From assembly GCA_951406725.2 (NCBI GenBank), contig OX597814.1, positions 66,402,001-66,466,000 on the forward strand: a DNA stretch of 64,000 nt, given 5' to 3'. A model generated the notes under the pieces. The model was not told the DNA's origin. It did no database searches and saw nothing but the letters and a program-made list of their open reading frames with translations. The position numbers were made by a program, and so were the translations under genes. Of this stretch, positions 1 to 12,638 are shown piece after piece. The stretch's first letter is position 1; each line of letters begins with the position of its first letter. This DNA comes from Octopus vulgaris (taxonomy: Eukaryota).

Positions 1-97
1 TTTGCCAAACTGCTCAGTTACGGGGACGTAAACACACCAGCATCGGTTGTCAAGCAATGGTGGGGGGACAAACACAGATACAAACAAACAAACACAT

Positions 98-164
<67 letters not shown>

Positions 165-355
165 CATACATACATATATACATATATATATGATGGGCTT
201 CTTTCAGTTTCCGTCTACCAAATCCACTCACAAGACTTTGGTCAACCTGAGGCTATAGTAGAAGACACTTGCCCAAAGTACCACGCAGTGGGACTGAATC
301 CGGAACCATGTGGTTGGTAAGCAAGCTACTTACCACACAGTCATTCCTGCGCCTA
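1..355 (-). mobile_element. tRNA-derived SINE(s) with internal (CA)n/(TA)n tract
   Basis: 192-353 reads on - as a tRNA-like head (ggttccggattcagtcccactgcgtggtac) plus body. Related copies lie at ~22525-22685 (+), ~37160-37390 and ~49715-49850. Confidence 0.75.
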
Positions 356-372
356 AAACAAATGTCAGCTAT

Positions 373-415
373 CACTGTGAGCAGGATTTGAACCTGCGAG
401 GGCATTGCCCAAATG
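373..415 (-). pseudogene. 3' half of a tRNA-Ser-like gene (variable arm, T-arm, acceptor 3' strand)
   Basis: Minus strand catttgggcaatgccctcgcaggttcaaatcctgctcacagtg contains a variable-arm hairpin (gggc-aat-gccc) and GCAGGTTCAAATCCTGC. It ends in TCACAGTG, like eukaryotic tRNA-Ser(CGA). The 5' half is missing. Confidence 0.6.
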
Positions 416-455
416 TCAAAGATTAAGTAAATTGCAAAAAAAAATAATATTAATA

Positions 456-542
456 TCTTATATGTGTTTCGTGGCTATATTTAAGCAGTGGTTATAGTGG
501 TAAAGAAATCACTTCGATATAAATATAGTCACTCATCAGGTT
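456..542 (-). ncRNA. Hammerhead ribozyme-like motif (type I, long helix II)
   Basis: Minus: CTGATGA-gtgactatattta...taaatatagccac-GAAA-cacata-TA. The core is intact and helix II has 13 bp with one mismatch; helices I and III are degenerate. Confidence 0.55.
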
Positions 543-585
543 AAAAATAAACTAGAATAATAAAATAATTAATTAAAAAATATAC

Positions 586-629
<44 letters not shown>

Positions 630-1364
630 ATACTAAATATACATAATTGAAAACTAAAACAATACTTAAATTATTAAATACTTTCAAATTAAATAAAATA
701 CACAAAGCTTATACAAGTCATTAAATTGTAATCAAAATAAGAAATGGTTCAAATATAGACAAACTCCTTAAATAAGCTAACCATATAATCAATATACATG
801 TGTAGTATCTATAGATTTAATATAATATAAGAATCTATAACAGAGTTGACTAAATATCAAATAATATAATACCAAATTAACTTAAAATTTAATATTATAA
901 ATAAATAAGCCACCTAATAATTAAATAGTGAGAATAATATGTTAATGGAAAGTAATAAAACCTATCAACCCCAAAATTAAAGAAAAGTGCAAAAATATTA
1001 GAACCAACGAACACTACACTAAGAAGATGTACAATCACAATCAATAGTCCTATACAAAGCCAGTCAATAACAATAACAATAATAAACTATAAATAAATAA
1101 TAATATTAACAACAATAATAATAATAAGAAAAATAATAATATTTCAAAAACATAACGAAATAGAGAAACGATAAAATGTCAAACTTAGCTTTGTGAAGTG
1201 AAAGAGTAACTGATTTTTAAAGTAAAAAAGTTAAAGCGTTTATAAAATTTATCACGTGGAGACTTAAAGCATTTATAAAATTTATCATTGATATAAAAAA
1301 AAATTACCATTTCATTGAGTATTTATTCTATTTCTTTGCTCTAACTGTTTACTTTAAAAATCAG

Positions 1365-3195
1365 TCTTGGATGGTCAACTCTGAAACAACCGACGTAGAA
1401 CTGTCCATGTGAAAAGCATGACTTTCGAAAGTTCAATCCGACAACTTTCAGCGATTGAACTTGTGCTTTGTTAATTGTCATAGCGAAGCTGAGTTTGAGA
1501 GGGAACTGAAGTCATTGCATACGATAGAAGCAGTGTGTTGGGGTTAGCAGAATTTCCGGAATAAAATCGGTATCGTTTTTGTCATGTCCCGTAATAATTT
1601 GGGCTTCAGTGACATCATCCATCATTTGTTTGACCACAAGGCGATTTCTATTGCATAGTGTGGGTGCGTTTAGATTGCGTAGCAGAATGACAGGGCACCC
1701 GACTTTTAAGTGAAGTTAATGGGGAGGGAGTGTTGGAGGATGTTGGGAGCTGAGAAATTCTGTCGGAAAGTGTGTAACCTGATCGAGGTCGGTGACAGTG
1801 TCAACTTATCTGTAACAACGTTTTTGTAGTTGTCAATGTATCCATTGTCATCGGACATAATTTGTGCATTGCTGAGTTGAAGGAGCATTTTCGAAAACTG
1901 GGTTGTAGACTAACCAGTCTGTATGAGTGATGTCATGTTGATGGTGAGTTGTTTCAATTGGACATGTGACTAAAGGAGGGATTTTTTAAGGCAGATATTA
2001 AGTTCATCAGCAGGTGTCCCTTTGGGTATAATAGACAGTGTTGAAAATCTGCAAGAAGTTGAGTTGCACTTCCAGGGATGTTGTTGTTCAATCTAAGGTC
2101 TCTCATTGTGGCATTAAGTGCTTGTAGGGAACATTTATGGGACATAGTTGCTTCATCCGAAACAATAAGTTTGCACTCTTTCAAAATTGTCACTTTGAGG
2201 AATGCATTATGTGGCACGCTGGGTTTTCTTGTGCTACATTGAAAGGTAATTTGAAGGTAGTGTGTGCGGTTTGTCTGCCATCAAGAAGAGTCAAGGCTAT
2301 TCCTGAGGAGGCAACAGCAACTGTAACTTCGCAAGAATATTTAGGAGGAAAGTTTTTCTAGTTCCACTGGATGCGTCTAAGAAGATGATTCTGCCAGTGT
2401 ATGTGTAGATGTTTCTGAGGACAAAATTGTATATGTCAGCTTGATTGGAATTCAGAAGAGGCTCGTTATCAGCAATGTACTGTTTGAGTTTGTGGATGTT
2501 GTAAGATGTTTCTCTGAGAATGAGACAATTGGGACATGCATCTTCATTTCTGTTTAGAGTGTTGAGAGAATAAGCATCCAATCATTGACGTCCAATTGCC
2601 ATAACCAAGTCTTCCAAGAAGCCCTCTGTTGTAAATGGCAGGGGTAGTGAGAGTGTGAACATTACCTGTGATTTGGTGAATCTGCTGCAAAATGTTATGG
2701 CACATTGAGTCTTTGTATTTATTCCAAAGTGAATGTGCATCTGTCAGGTTGCAGAAAGCCAGCATTATTGCAAAAAGGTGGCAGAGCTTGTGCAGAAATC
2801 GACACAGAGAGGCCTCTTCAAGTGCATTATTATATTGATCATCTGTATCCAAAAGTCCCTGTTTCGAGCAGGCATCTTTGAAAGTGCTGCATAAGTGGCT
2901 GTCCACTGTGCAAAGGTTGTCGAAGGAGGTTGATCCCTTAATGACATGAAGTAGGAACTGCAGTTGGAAACATTTGGAGTTCAAGGGATGAAATGTATAG
3001 ATGTGTTCGATTGTGTTGCCTTTGAACACAACTGGATCCAACTGCATAGGCTGTCCTTGTTTTCATCATTGTCACTGATACCATGTATAATAATGTGGTA
3101 GTTCAGCATACAAAATAGACTTTGCATAGGTGAAAGAAGGCCATGAGAGTGGTCTTTGGTGGAGCAGCTGCTTCTTAAACGAGTTTGTCTTCTGT
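1365..3195 (-). mobile_element. Helitron Rep/PIF1-helicase remnant (frameshifted, pseudogenised)
   Basis: Translated fragments include LLHVIKGSTSFDNLCTVD..TFKDAC..GLL, IFLDASSGTRKTFLL (Walker A), LIVSDEATM (Walker B) and QFPLKLSFAMTINKAQVQSLKVVG..FSHGQFYVGCFRV (helicase motifs V/VI). Confidence 0.92.
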
Positions 3196-4198
3196 AATCT
3201 CAAAAGATCTGGCTTTGAGGATGTTTTCTTGTTCTTTTTACAAAGTGTTCTGTCCATTATGCTCCAGAGGTGTTCAATAGGGTTCATATCTGGTGACTGG
3301 CTTGGCCATGCCAGCTTTTAAATGCCATTCTCTTTCAACCAATCTTGGGTCTTTTTAACCATGTGACCAGGAGTCCTATCTTCCATAAGAGTCCTATCTT
3401 CTTTAATCATTTCACCACTGGAGAAGATTAGAAGGAATCCTTTCTGCAATATATTTATCTGAGTTTATGTTTCCCTCACTCCCCACCAGCTCTGATCGAC
3501 CGTTCCTCCAAATTGCTCCCCAAACTTTCACGGAATAGCTACTGTGTTTCATTGTTGGCTACAATCTTTTCCCATCAAATTCTTGATCACAGAGTCCCCA
3601 GACCCACACTTGCCCACTGTCAGAAAATACAGCAAATCTGTGCTCATCAGAGAATATGACAGAATCTCAAAATGCTATTGGCCTCTTTACCATTTCACTG
3701 GCTCAATTTTTCTCCACTTGGTCAAAGAAGTGGCTTCCTTCTTGCTGTTCTGACATAGTAGTCAAGTTTGTGGACATACCTGACAGATGTTCTAGGATTG
3801 ACATCAACTTGTTCTATGTCAGAGGTCTTGCAACAAGGATCATGTTCCATACTTCTCTTAACAAAGCGAAGGGTCCTGTCAGAAGGCCCTGGTTGACCTG
3901 GGCGAGATGATATGGACTCCTTCCCCTCTCTGTTGATTTGCATAATCACTCTATTAGCTGTAGAAAGCAGGATCCCAAGTTTTCTGTGATTTTATGCTAA
4001 GTCCACCTTCAGATTGACCTACAATATGGCCTCTTTGAAATTCGGACTGTTCCAAGCCTTGTTTTGTATGTAGAATAATTAAACTGTCACATATAGAACA
4101 TGAAACATAAAAATGTCAATTAATAAAAAGTATAAACCTTTCCAAGTTAAATGTAAACATAAAATGATATTTTATGGGGTGTCTATTTACTTTTGTCA

Positions 4199-4202
<4 letters not shown>
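3196..4202 (-). mobile_element. Tc1-like DNA transposon, decayed and 3'-truncated
   Basis: WPSQSPDMNPIEHLWSIM motif (3287-3310) and an HTH region ending ARRKPLL (3722-3949). Probable TIR start cacatgacaaaagtaaatagacacc near 4200, next to TA repeats. Confidence 0.85.
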
Positions 4203-4234
<32 letters not shown>

Positions 4235-4239
4235 CATCA

Positions 4240-5235
4240 TCATTTAACAACCATTGTCCATACTGGCATGAGTTGGATAGTTTGACTGGGCTGGCATGTT
4301 GGAAGGTTGCACCAGACACAAGTCTGACTTGGCATGGTTTTCTACAGCTGGATTCCCTTCTTAATGCCAACCACTCTGAGAGTGTATGGGGGTTTTTACA
4401 TGCCACTAGCATGGGTGAACTTGGCTTGATGGGTCCTCTCAAGCACAGCACATCACCAAAGGTCTCGGTCAGTAGTCATTGCCTCAGTGAAGTTTGAAGA
4501 TCATGCTTCACCACCCTGTTCCATGTCTTCCTGGGTCTACCTCCACCACAGGTTCCCTCCACAGAGATCAGCACTTCTTTACATAGCTGTCCTCATCCAT
4601 ACACATCATATGACCATACCAGCGTAGTCGTCTCTCTTGCTCACTACATCTGATGCCTCTTATGCCTAACTTTTCTCTCAAGATGCTTATACTCTGTCAA
4701 ATATGCACACTGTCATTGCACATCTAGCAAAGCATACTGGCTTCATTTCTTTCATGCCTACACATATACTTGGTGGCCACAGCCCATATTTCACAGACAT
4801 ACAGCATAGCTGTTCACACACGCATCAAACAATCTGCCTTTCACTCTGAGAGAGAGGCCCTTTGTTACCAGCAGGGGCTCCTACTGGGAGCTCTCTGAAT
4901 TTTGCCCATCCTAATTTTATTCTCACAGCTGCGCTCTCAGACCATCCACCTCCACTATTAACTTTGTCACCTAGATAACGGAAGCTATCTACTACTTCTA
5001 GCTTGTCACCCTGTCACTTGATGGAATCTATTTTCAGCATTTATTGTACCTGTGCAACCTCCACATACAGAAGCTAGTTCCCCTGTTAACCTTCACCTGA
5101 TATTGCTGCACCTTTTATGTGTCCAGAGCTTACACTGGATGCATCTTACGGAATTTCTACCTACACTTTTCTACAGATTGAGCAGGACCATTTACCTGAA
5201 GGGATTTGTGATTTGTCTGCCTTCCTACTTACTAA
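4240..5235 (-). mobile_element. RTE-clade LINE 3' fragment with its 3' tail repeat
   Basis: Minus translation includes VVDSFRYLG, GIRGIRCSEQERRLRWYGHM and GRPRKTW. The tail ends in (GAT)n, as in related copies at ~5480-5635, ~11200-11500, ~11560-11750 and ~19755-19850. Confidence 0.8.
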
Positions 5236-6031
5236 GACACACACACACACACATACATAGTCAGTATATGAGGCCCAGAGATTCTCATTATAGAAAACAC
5301 TTAGTAACACTCAAATGATTCAAATATATATATATATTTATATATTTATTTATTTATTTATTTATTTATTTATGTATGTATGCATGCCAAACTCAAACTG
5401 TTATATTTAATTTGTTTATCTGTATAATTGCTATGCATGTGTGTATATATATATATGTTTTTATATTACACTCTCAGAGTAGTTTGTTTTAGGAAGGGCA
5501 TCCAACCATCGAAAATCATCCAAATAAGACTGGAATCTGGTGCAGCCTTCCACCTTACCAGTCCTAGTCAAAGCGTCCAACCCATACTAGTATGGACAAC
5601 AGGCATTAAATGATTATGATGATGGTGATGATGTGTATTTATATTTATTCATTTTTAGAAAATGAATAAATATGGCTTTCCGGATCATTTTTTCCACTTA
5701 AATAATTAGATCTTTATAAGATATTAGGTAATCTTATAAACATTTAATTATTAAAGTGGAAAAATTATCACATGCATATATAAACGTGTGTTTGTATATA
5801 TGTATGTATATGTGTGTATATGTGTGTGTGTGTGTGTTTGTATACATGAATACCCCCATGTATAATATACACCCACATGTATGTATGTGTATATGAATGT
5901 AAATAGTTATAGTTTTTTAAGTGCATGCATACATAACTATTGACACACATTCACATATACAAATCATTAGGTTATGTTAAATTTAACATTTCACTTAATG
6001 ATTTCAGTTTTTTTTTATTCTTTTCACCCAG

Positions 6032-6123
6032 TTCTCAACCAATCAGATGGAAATGTGTCAGGAATTGCTGACATGTATGAGACTCTTGGACGATTCCTTA
6101 AAGATCTTGGATTATTAAGCCAA
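6032..6123 (+). CDS. NPHP3: Nephrocystin-3 orthologue, internal exon (first seen in window)
   Basis: Polypyrimidine tract, cag acceptor and gtaaaa donor. Encodes ..[20 protein letters not shown], matching the NPHP3 motif [20 protein letters not shown]. Confidence 0.9.
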
Positions 6124-7630
6124 GTAAAATATCTGATTTCATTACTTCATTTTTACATTTGTAAGATTAAGAATTTATCTGAGTTCTTTTTTTTAATCTT
6201 CTTTTAATTCATTTTTAGTCTGCAGGAACAGTGAATCAAAACTATCCAATGTTAGTTTTAATTGGCAAATGTCATCAAGTAGATTTAAAATCACAGCATG
6301 TTTTGTCATGTAATATCATATTCTCACTTGCAAATATTTCACTTGTAAAACTTTGCTGTAGCAGTAAAGTACGAATGTTACAACACTTATTTCTGCTTCA
6401 CCTAATTCTTACAGCACAAACCACTTGGTGAATGGCATGTCTCATTTAGTCATAGGAGGCAGTCTTCCTCTAATATATCTAGCTAGGGCAGATCAGATTG
6501 GAGAAGCTTCTCTGTCTTCTGTGTATACCTACTGAGGTGACGTTTCTAGGTGAATGTCTTACTAATTTGTTGTGATAGTTAAGTAAGAAACGCATTATTC
6601 AGGTTGATAAGGAATTTGTTCCTGCTACTCTGTTGATGATCACATACTGATGTCTCAGAGAGTAGTGTGAAGAATTTCAAACCTTTTCCATGTCCGACAC
6701 CTGACATTTTTGAAACTACTCATTTTCACAGCTTAACATGTGTTTATCTCAATACATTCCAGTTCAAGCTATTATTGGACTAGCAATTTAGATATTTCAT
6801 GTTGAACATAAGAAGTTGGTTACATATATTAGCCCCTGTTAACTAGTGTTCAAGAACTGATGTTTCTTTGCTGAATGCTGTCAGTTCTGCAGTTCAAATT
6901 TTGCTTAGACCATCTTATCATATTGTATTTTTACTACTCTATATTATGAATGAGTGAATAAAGAGAGTTCATTTCTTGACCTGAAGGCCAGTACCTCATC
7001 CATTTCATATTTCAAGCTGTAGAAACTTGAAAATTCTGCTTGATTTATGCAAAAGTTTAGTAATAAGCGACAGTATCAATGAAAATTAAAGAAAATCTGC
7101 TGCAACATAGTATTATTTATTCTTTTTTTAACTACTTTGAAATTCATCAAACTTCTCCATGGTTGCTTAAGTTGGTGGTCTTTGAGAATTTGAATGCTTG
7201 CATTTTGTTGGATCAAATTCGTTACAGCTAGTTCCCATCTTTTGTGGTTTATGAACTTTCTCAGCTTATGTATTTTATCCATAGGCATTGTATAAGCTTT
7301 GAAGTTCTGATTTTGCTTTTAGAAGTTCCAGTACCTTGACATCTTGAACACAATACAAAATGTAGATGCCTTCTAATTCCTGGAAGTTAAGAGCTGCTGC
7401 TTAGATTCAGTTTCATGGTCGAAGCAGATGTGAGACAAATCTTTATCACATTACTATATGATTCAGCACATTACCATATGATCTGGTAGATGTCTCCAAT
7501 AATTAGGTAAAGTTAGGCAGTGTATAAGTGTTCTGCTTGAATATATGATAAAATGCATTGTGCTGGTGATTTGGAACTTCCTTTGCTCTGTCGTTCTGTT
7601 TCCACTTTTATTTATTTTATTTCTTTTCAG

Positions 7631-7872
7631 GCCCTGCCTGCCCTACAGCGGTCATTAGAGATTCGAGAAACTGGACTTGATCCTGATCATCCTGCTGTTG
7701 CTCGATCTTTACATCAACTAGCTGGTCTCCATGCCCAGTGGGGAAAAGTGAGTACTGCTGAGACTCTTTACAAGCAAGCTCTAGATATATATGAAAATGC
7801 TCTTGGATCTGAGCATTATCTGGTTGCCAAAGAACTTGATGCTTTAGCAGTGCTGTACCAGAAACAGGACAA
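7631..7872 (+). CDS. NPHP3: NPHP3 exon (TPR repeats)
   Basis: ttttcag|GCC ... AA|gtaaga. Encodes [31 protein letters not shown]...LYQKQDK; phase 0 to 2. Confidence 0.95.
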
Positions 7873-8589
7873 GTAAGAATATTTTCTTCAATTGACTCAT
7901 CATTCATTTAAACTACAGTTATTCAAACCCTTTTTGTTTTTCTTAAATAGGATTTCTTTCTAATTTTTTTCTGTTACTTTTTTGTCAATTTTTCTTTTTT
8001 GCACCATCATCATCATTGTTGTTATTTATTTTTTTCATCTTTTTACACCACTCTCACTACATTGATAAATATAGGATTCTCAGGTACATTACTCCTCCCC
8101 GCTGCATCTTATAATGAAAGCTGGTATTGTGTTGTCCTGTTCAACCCTGATTAAATGTACCTAAAACATGTGGTAGTTAGTTAGATTACTAAGTGCAGTC
8201 CAAGTGCCGCACTACAAAGATACCATGCCACTGTTTAGTTAAAGACCATGTGGCAAACTTCAAAGTTTAAGCAAGGTTTGATGACTTGGTTCGTCATATA
8301 AATGTGTGGCACTCTGATCATATTGTATTTTCTCCACTATCCATTCCTTTTGTGTATACTCACAGGTTCTGATTATGACCACAGCTGACTCTGTCATGGT
8401 CCCTGCTCTTCAACACTTGTCTCCTGTGATGTGTAACCTACCACAGTATTTAGGGTTAGTTAGATTATAGATGCTGCTATCATTTTGTTTAAGTGGCTGC
8501 TTTTCTCTAATTGTTCCAACTGAGTGAAAAAAATAATATTAATGAAATGATGTTGAAATTGTGTTCTCTTTTTTTTAATGCCTTAATCA

Positions 8590-9560
8590 AAGAAAAAAGG
8601 ACAGTACCTATGACCCTTTCAGAACTTCTGACTCCTCTTGTGAGAAGACCAGAGGAAATTATCTTCAAACCCAAATGGACTCCACTAAAGGCACCCAACG
8701 ACCAGATGGTGTTGCTAAACCAGATGATGGTTATTTGGGGCTGGAGCTTACTTCAGGACAACCCCTACCCTTTGCACAAAAACTTTGTTTTTATTGTGTA
8801 ATGAATTATGGGTGATGTAGATGTAGCCTGTGCTATGTAAAGTGTATTATTTTGTTTAATTTGTAGTTTTTGATGATTTTTTTTTGTGGAGAAATTGGCT
8901 GACCTTTGTTATTATAATGGGTCTAATATTTAATTTAATATTGTATCATTAAGTAACGTCTTCTATGTAAACTTATGCCATTTGTTTTCAGTATATTGTT
9001 TGAACTGCTAGAACATTTTCTTAGATAATTCATTTCTTTTGATTGTTAGAATTAGCAACAAAATTTTCCTCAAAAATTTTAAGCCATGTAATCTCTCTGC
9101 TTTGATGACTTTCAAAAACTACCTGATTGTTACATGCATTGGTACAACACCTACATAATGCACATGTTTGTGGTTGTATAGACTCTATATTAAGTATTAT
9201 GTTTAGTGTGATAAATCTATTAACATGACTCATGTGTGTGTAGTTATAATGGTGTGTGTTATATGTGTCTAGAAAGTGAAGAGGTTCTGGTATGCAGCCT
9301 GACTCTTGTTTCTGTTAAATTCATTCTGGTTCTAGACTGTTTAGTTATTCTGTTGCTCTACTGGTATGTATGCTTTGTGTCTCTTCAAGATGGTATCTGT
9401 GATTTGTATGTTGTTGTGGCTGTTGTTTATAATATTTTTGGCTCATGCCAAAAATATTTGTTTTTATATATTTCTTTGTCTAGTGATAGTAGTAAGGTTA
9501 ATGGGTTGTGGTGGTGGTAAGGGTTTTCAGACAGTTGTATGCTTATGAGTGTTGCTGTTG
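8590..9560 (-). mobile_element. Possible highly decayed retroelement remnant (Penelope-like?)
   Basis: Minus fragment QPQTCALCRCCTNAC resembles a Cys-rich linker; otherwise heavily degraded. Confidence 0.25.
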
Positions 9561-10144
9561 TCACCCTTGCAGTAGCCAGCCAGTCAGTCAGTCACTTCAT
9601 AGATTAACTCTAAGCACTGATGAACATATCAAATGCAGTTTAACATTCACTTGCTCTGCTTAGCATAATAATCACACAAACTTGCTCATTCAAACACACA
9701 CACACACACATGCACACACACACACACACATGCACACACACACACACACATGCACACACACACATATGCACACACACATGCACACACACACACACACATG
9801 CACACACACATGCACACACACACTGTTTTTCCATCATACAAGCCAAATTTTCAGTCCAAAATTTACAGCAATAAAAGGCAAGTTGACTTACATACTAAGA
9901 CATCTTTGAAGGATCAAAAATCCTATGTGAAATATAGCAAAATTTTGAACAGCAGTGATAAATTTTGAATGTTTACACAACATATATGCCAGAAGATATG
10001 GTATTGATACATTTAAGGTTAGAGTTTCATGAACCACTTTACAATATACTTATATGTTATGTCAGACTGTAACATCAAATTTAAATATATGCCAATGATA
10101 TATTAAACTTAACTATTTCCTAATTTAGTATTTTGATTTTTTAG

Positions 10145-10220
10145 ACATGATCTTGCTGAACCTTTGAAGAGACGAGCCCTCATAATCAAAAAGAAAACAC
10201 GTGGCCCAAGGATTAGTACA
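10145..10220 (+). CDS. NPHP3: NPHP3 76-bp exon (not in ORF track)
   Basis: tttttag|A CAT GAT ... AGT ACA|gtaagc. Encodes (K)HDLAEPLKRRALIIKKKTRGPRIST; phase 2 to 0 joins the flanking exons in frame. Confidence 0.9.
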
Positions 10221-10248
10221 GTAAGCAATGTCATTTTTGATTACACAC

Positions 10249-10285
<37 letters not shown>

Positions 10286-10336
10286 TATTAAAATGAAATG
10301 ACAAAGAAATAAACAATTACCATATGAATTTCATTA

Positions 10337-10415
10337 GCTTACGGTTGTTTCTGCTATAAGATGCAGTGGACGTATAGACGAGTGCCTGATTAACACCGTA
10401 TAGCTTCATCAGAGC
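10337..10415 (-). ncRNA. Hammerhead ribozyme-like motif (type I, long helix II)
   Basis: Minus: gct-CTGATGA-agctata...tatagca-GAAA-caaccg-TA-agc. Confidence 0.55.
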
Positions 10416-10467
10416 CTCAAATATGAAGTGCTGTTTATTTGGAAAAAGAATTACATTTATGTAATTA

Positions 10468-10537
10468 TAGCTCTGAAGGAGCTATAAGGTATTATTCAAG
10501 CACTTAACTATGAGTCCACAGAAACAGCTGTAAACTA
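10468..10537 (+). ncRNA. Degenerate hammerhead copy inverted relative to 10337-10415
   Basis: tagct-CTGAAGG-agctata...GAAA-cagctg-TA-aacta; palindromic helix III CAGCTG. Confidence 0.4.
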
Positions 10538-11500
10538 ATGAAGTTAATAAGATAATCCTTTATCCCTTTGTCATCCCAGTCATTTATTACTGCTCTGTAC
10601 TCGACTAAAGCTTAATCATAAGCTTATGCATGTTGAGTTGAATTGTAGGTTATTAGTCTCACAATGCCTAAGTGAAGTAAATAAATAAATATATATGCAA
10701 CTCTTCTAAACTGCATCTTTCTCTTCCTCACATTTCCTCTTCATAAACTATGATTGTTTTCCAATCCCCTTTCTTGCCCTCACTACCCTGCTCACTGTAT
10801 TGCTGCTCCCCTCACCCCTAACACCCATACCCTATTTTTCAATCTAGGTTCTATGCTCAAATCCTAGTACTACACCATCTCTCTTCTGCACTCTCTTATA
10901 CTTTTTCTGTTTCCTACTCTCTCTCTCCTCTTGTTTTTCCTTCTTTACATCAGCACACATGTTTCTGGCCTCTTCCTTGTACCTCTCTCTCTCTCTCTGC
11001 AACCATATACCTCTTCTATAGCAAGACTCCTATTTCTGCTTCTCTATTTCTCTGTTACACTCTAATCTTTCATCGTCTGATACTGGATCACCTCCTCTAA
11101 TGCCCCGTCTGTCTCTTTGTCACACTTTAACCTTTCATCCTCTGACACAAGTTCCTCTCCTCAAATGCCCCTGCCCCTCTCATAATTCCTTGTCTTGCAA
11201 GTTACTTGGTTATCCTGTCAGTGTTGGTGCCACGTTAAAAGCATCCAATCCACACTGTAACACAGTTGGCATTTGGAAGAGCATCCAGCTGTAAAAATCT
11301 TGCCAAAACTAACTTTGCCTGTGCTAGTGCCATGTAAAATGCACTGAGTCCACTCTGCAGAGTGGTTGGTGTTAGGCAGGGCATCCAGCCATAAAATCCT
11401 TGCCAAAACAGACACATCAACCTAAGGTAGTTTTCCTACCTGGCTGGCTCCTGTCAACCATTCTACCTATGCATGCATGGAATATGGACATTAAATGATG

Positions 11501-11551
<51 letters not shown>

Positions 11552-11768
11552 TATATATCATCATCAACATTTAACATCTGCTTTTCATGCTGGCATGGGT
11601 TGGACGGTTTGACTGAAAACTGGTAAGCTGGGGAGCTGTGTCAGGTTCTAATCTGATTGGCAAGGTTTTTATGGATGGATACCCTTCCTAACACCAACCA
11701 CTCTGAGAGTGTAGTGGGTGCTTTTTATGTCACCAACACAGATGCCATTGACCTGATATATATGTATA

Positions 11769-12638
11769 TAAGGTGTCTAAAAAGTCACTGATGGGTTTCA
11801 ATTTTTAATAACTTACTTGACTTTACAAATAAATTCATGAAATTTTGATACAATATAAAGGACATAATGGAAATAATTATGCACACATCAAATTTTGCAA
11901 CACCACCACTTCACTTATGAAAAATGACATCCTTTAAATTTCAGCCATTTTCAGCTTTGCATGCTTGTACTCTTTCACAAACTTGCACCATAACACCCTC
12001 AAGAGTTTCAGACCCCACATCTGTAATTTCACTATTGATGTTCTCCTTCAGTTGCACCAGGGTCTCCAGTTTGTTGACGTAAACCCTTTCTTTCAGGTAT
12101 CGTCACAAGAAAAAATTTGGGCTAGTCAAGTCTGACCAGTTGACATTGCCATAGCAGGAGATTATTCTCTCTCCAAAGCAGTCCCGTAGCCACTGCATTG
12201 TTTCTCTTGTGGTATGAACAGTTGTCCCATGTTGCTGGAACCATGTATTAGGTCTACTTTGACCGGCTGGATACAAAAAGGTCTCAATCCTGAATACCTG
12301 AAAGAGAGGGTTTATGTCAAGAAACTGGAGATCCTGGTGCAACTGAAGGAGAACATCAATAGAGAAATCAGAGGAGTAGGGTCTAAAACTCTTGAGGGTG
12401 TTATGGTACAAGCTTTGGAAAGAGCACAGGCATGCAAAGCCAAAAATGGCTGCCATTTAAGCAATGTCAGTTGTCATATGTGATGTGGTGTTGCAAAATT
12501 TGACTTATACATATTAATTTCCATTATGTCCTTTATATTGTATCAAAATTTTATGCATTTATTTGTAAAGTTAAAGATGTAATAACATCTTTAACTTTAC
12601 AAATAAATGCATACATCAGTGACTTTTGGGACACCCTG
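11769..12638. mobile_element. Non-autonomous Tc1/mariner derivative built from two inverted 3' ends
   Basis: Termini aggtgtctaaaaagtcactgatg / catcagtgacttttgggacaccctg are flanked by TA, with ~330-bp inverted arms. Carries WFQQHGTTVHT..ETMQWLRDCFGERIIS and SDLTSPNFFL..YLKERVY transposase C-terminal motifs. Confidence 0.85.

Noticed and set aside
6380-7500. Coding-like intronic sequence as an extra NPHP3 exon or nested gene
   Set aside because: The flanking exons already join seamlessly (LLSQ|ALPAL), and the region has many stops; probably decayed LINE sequence.
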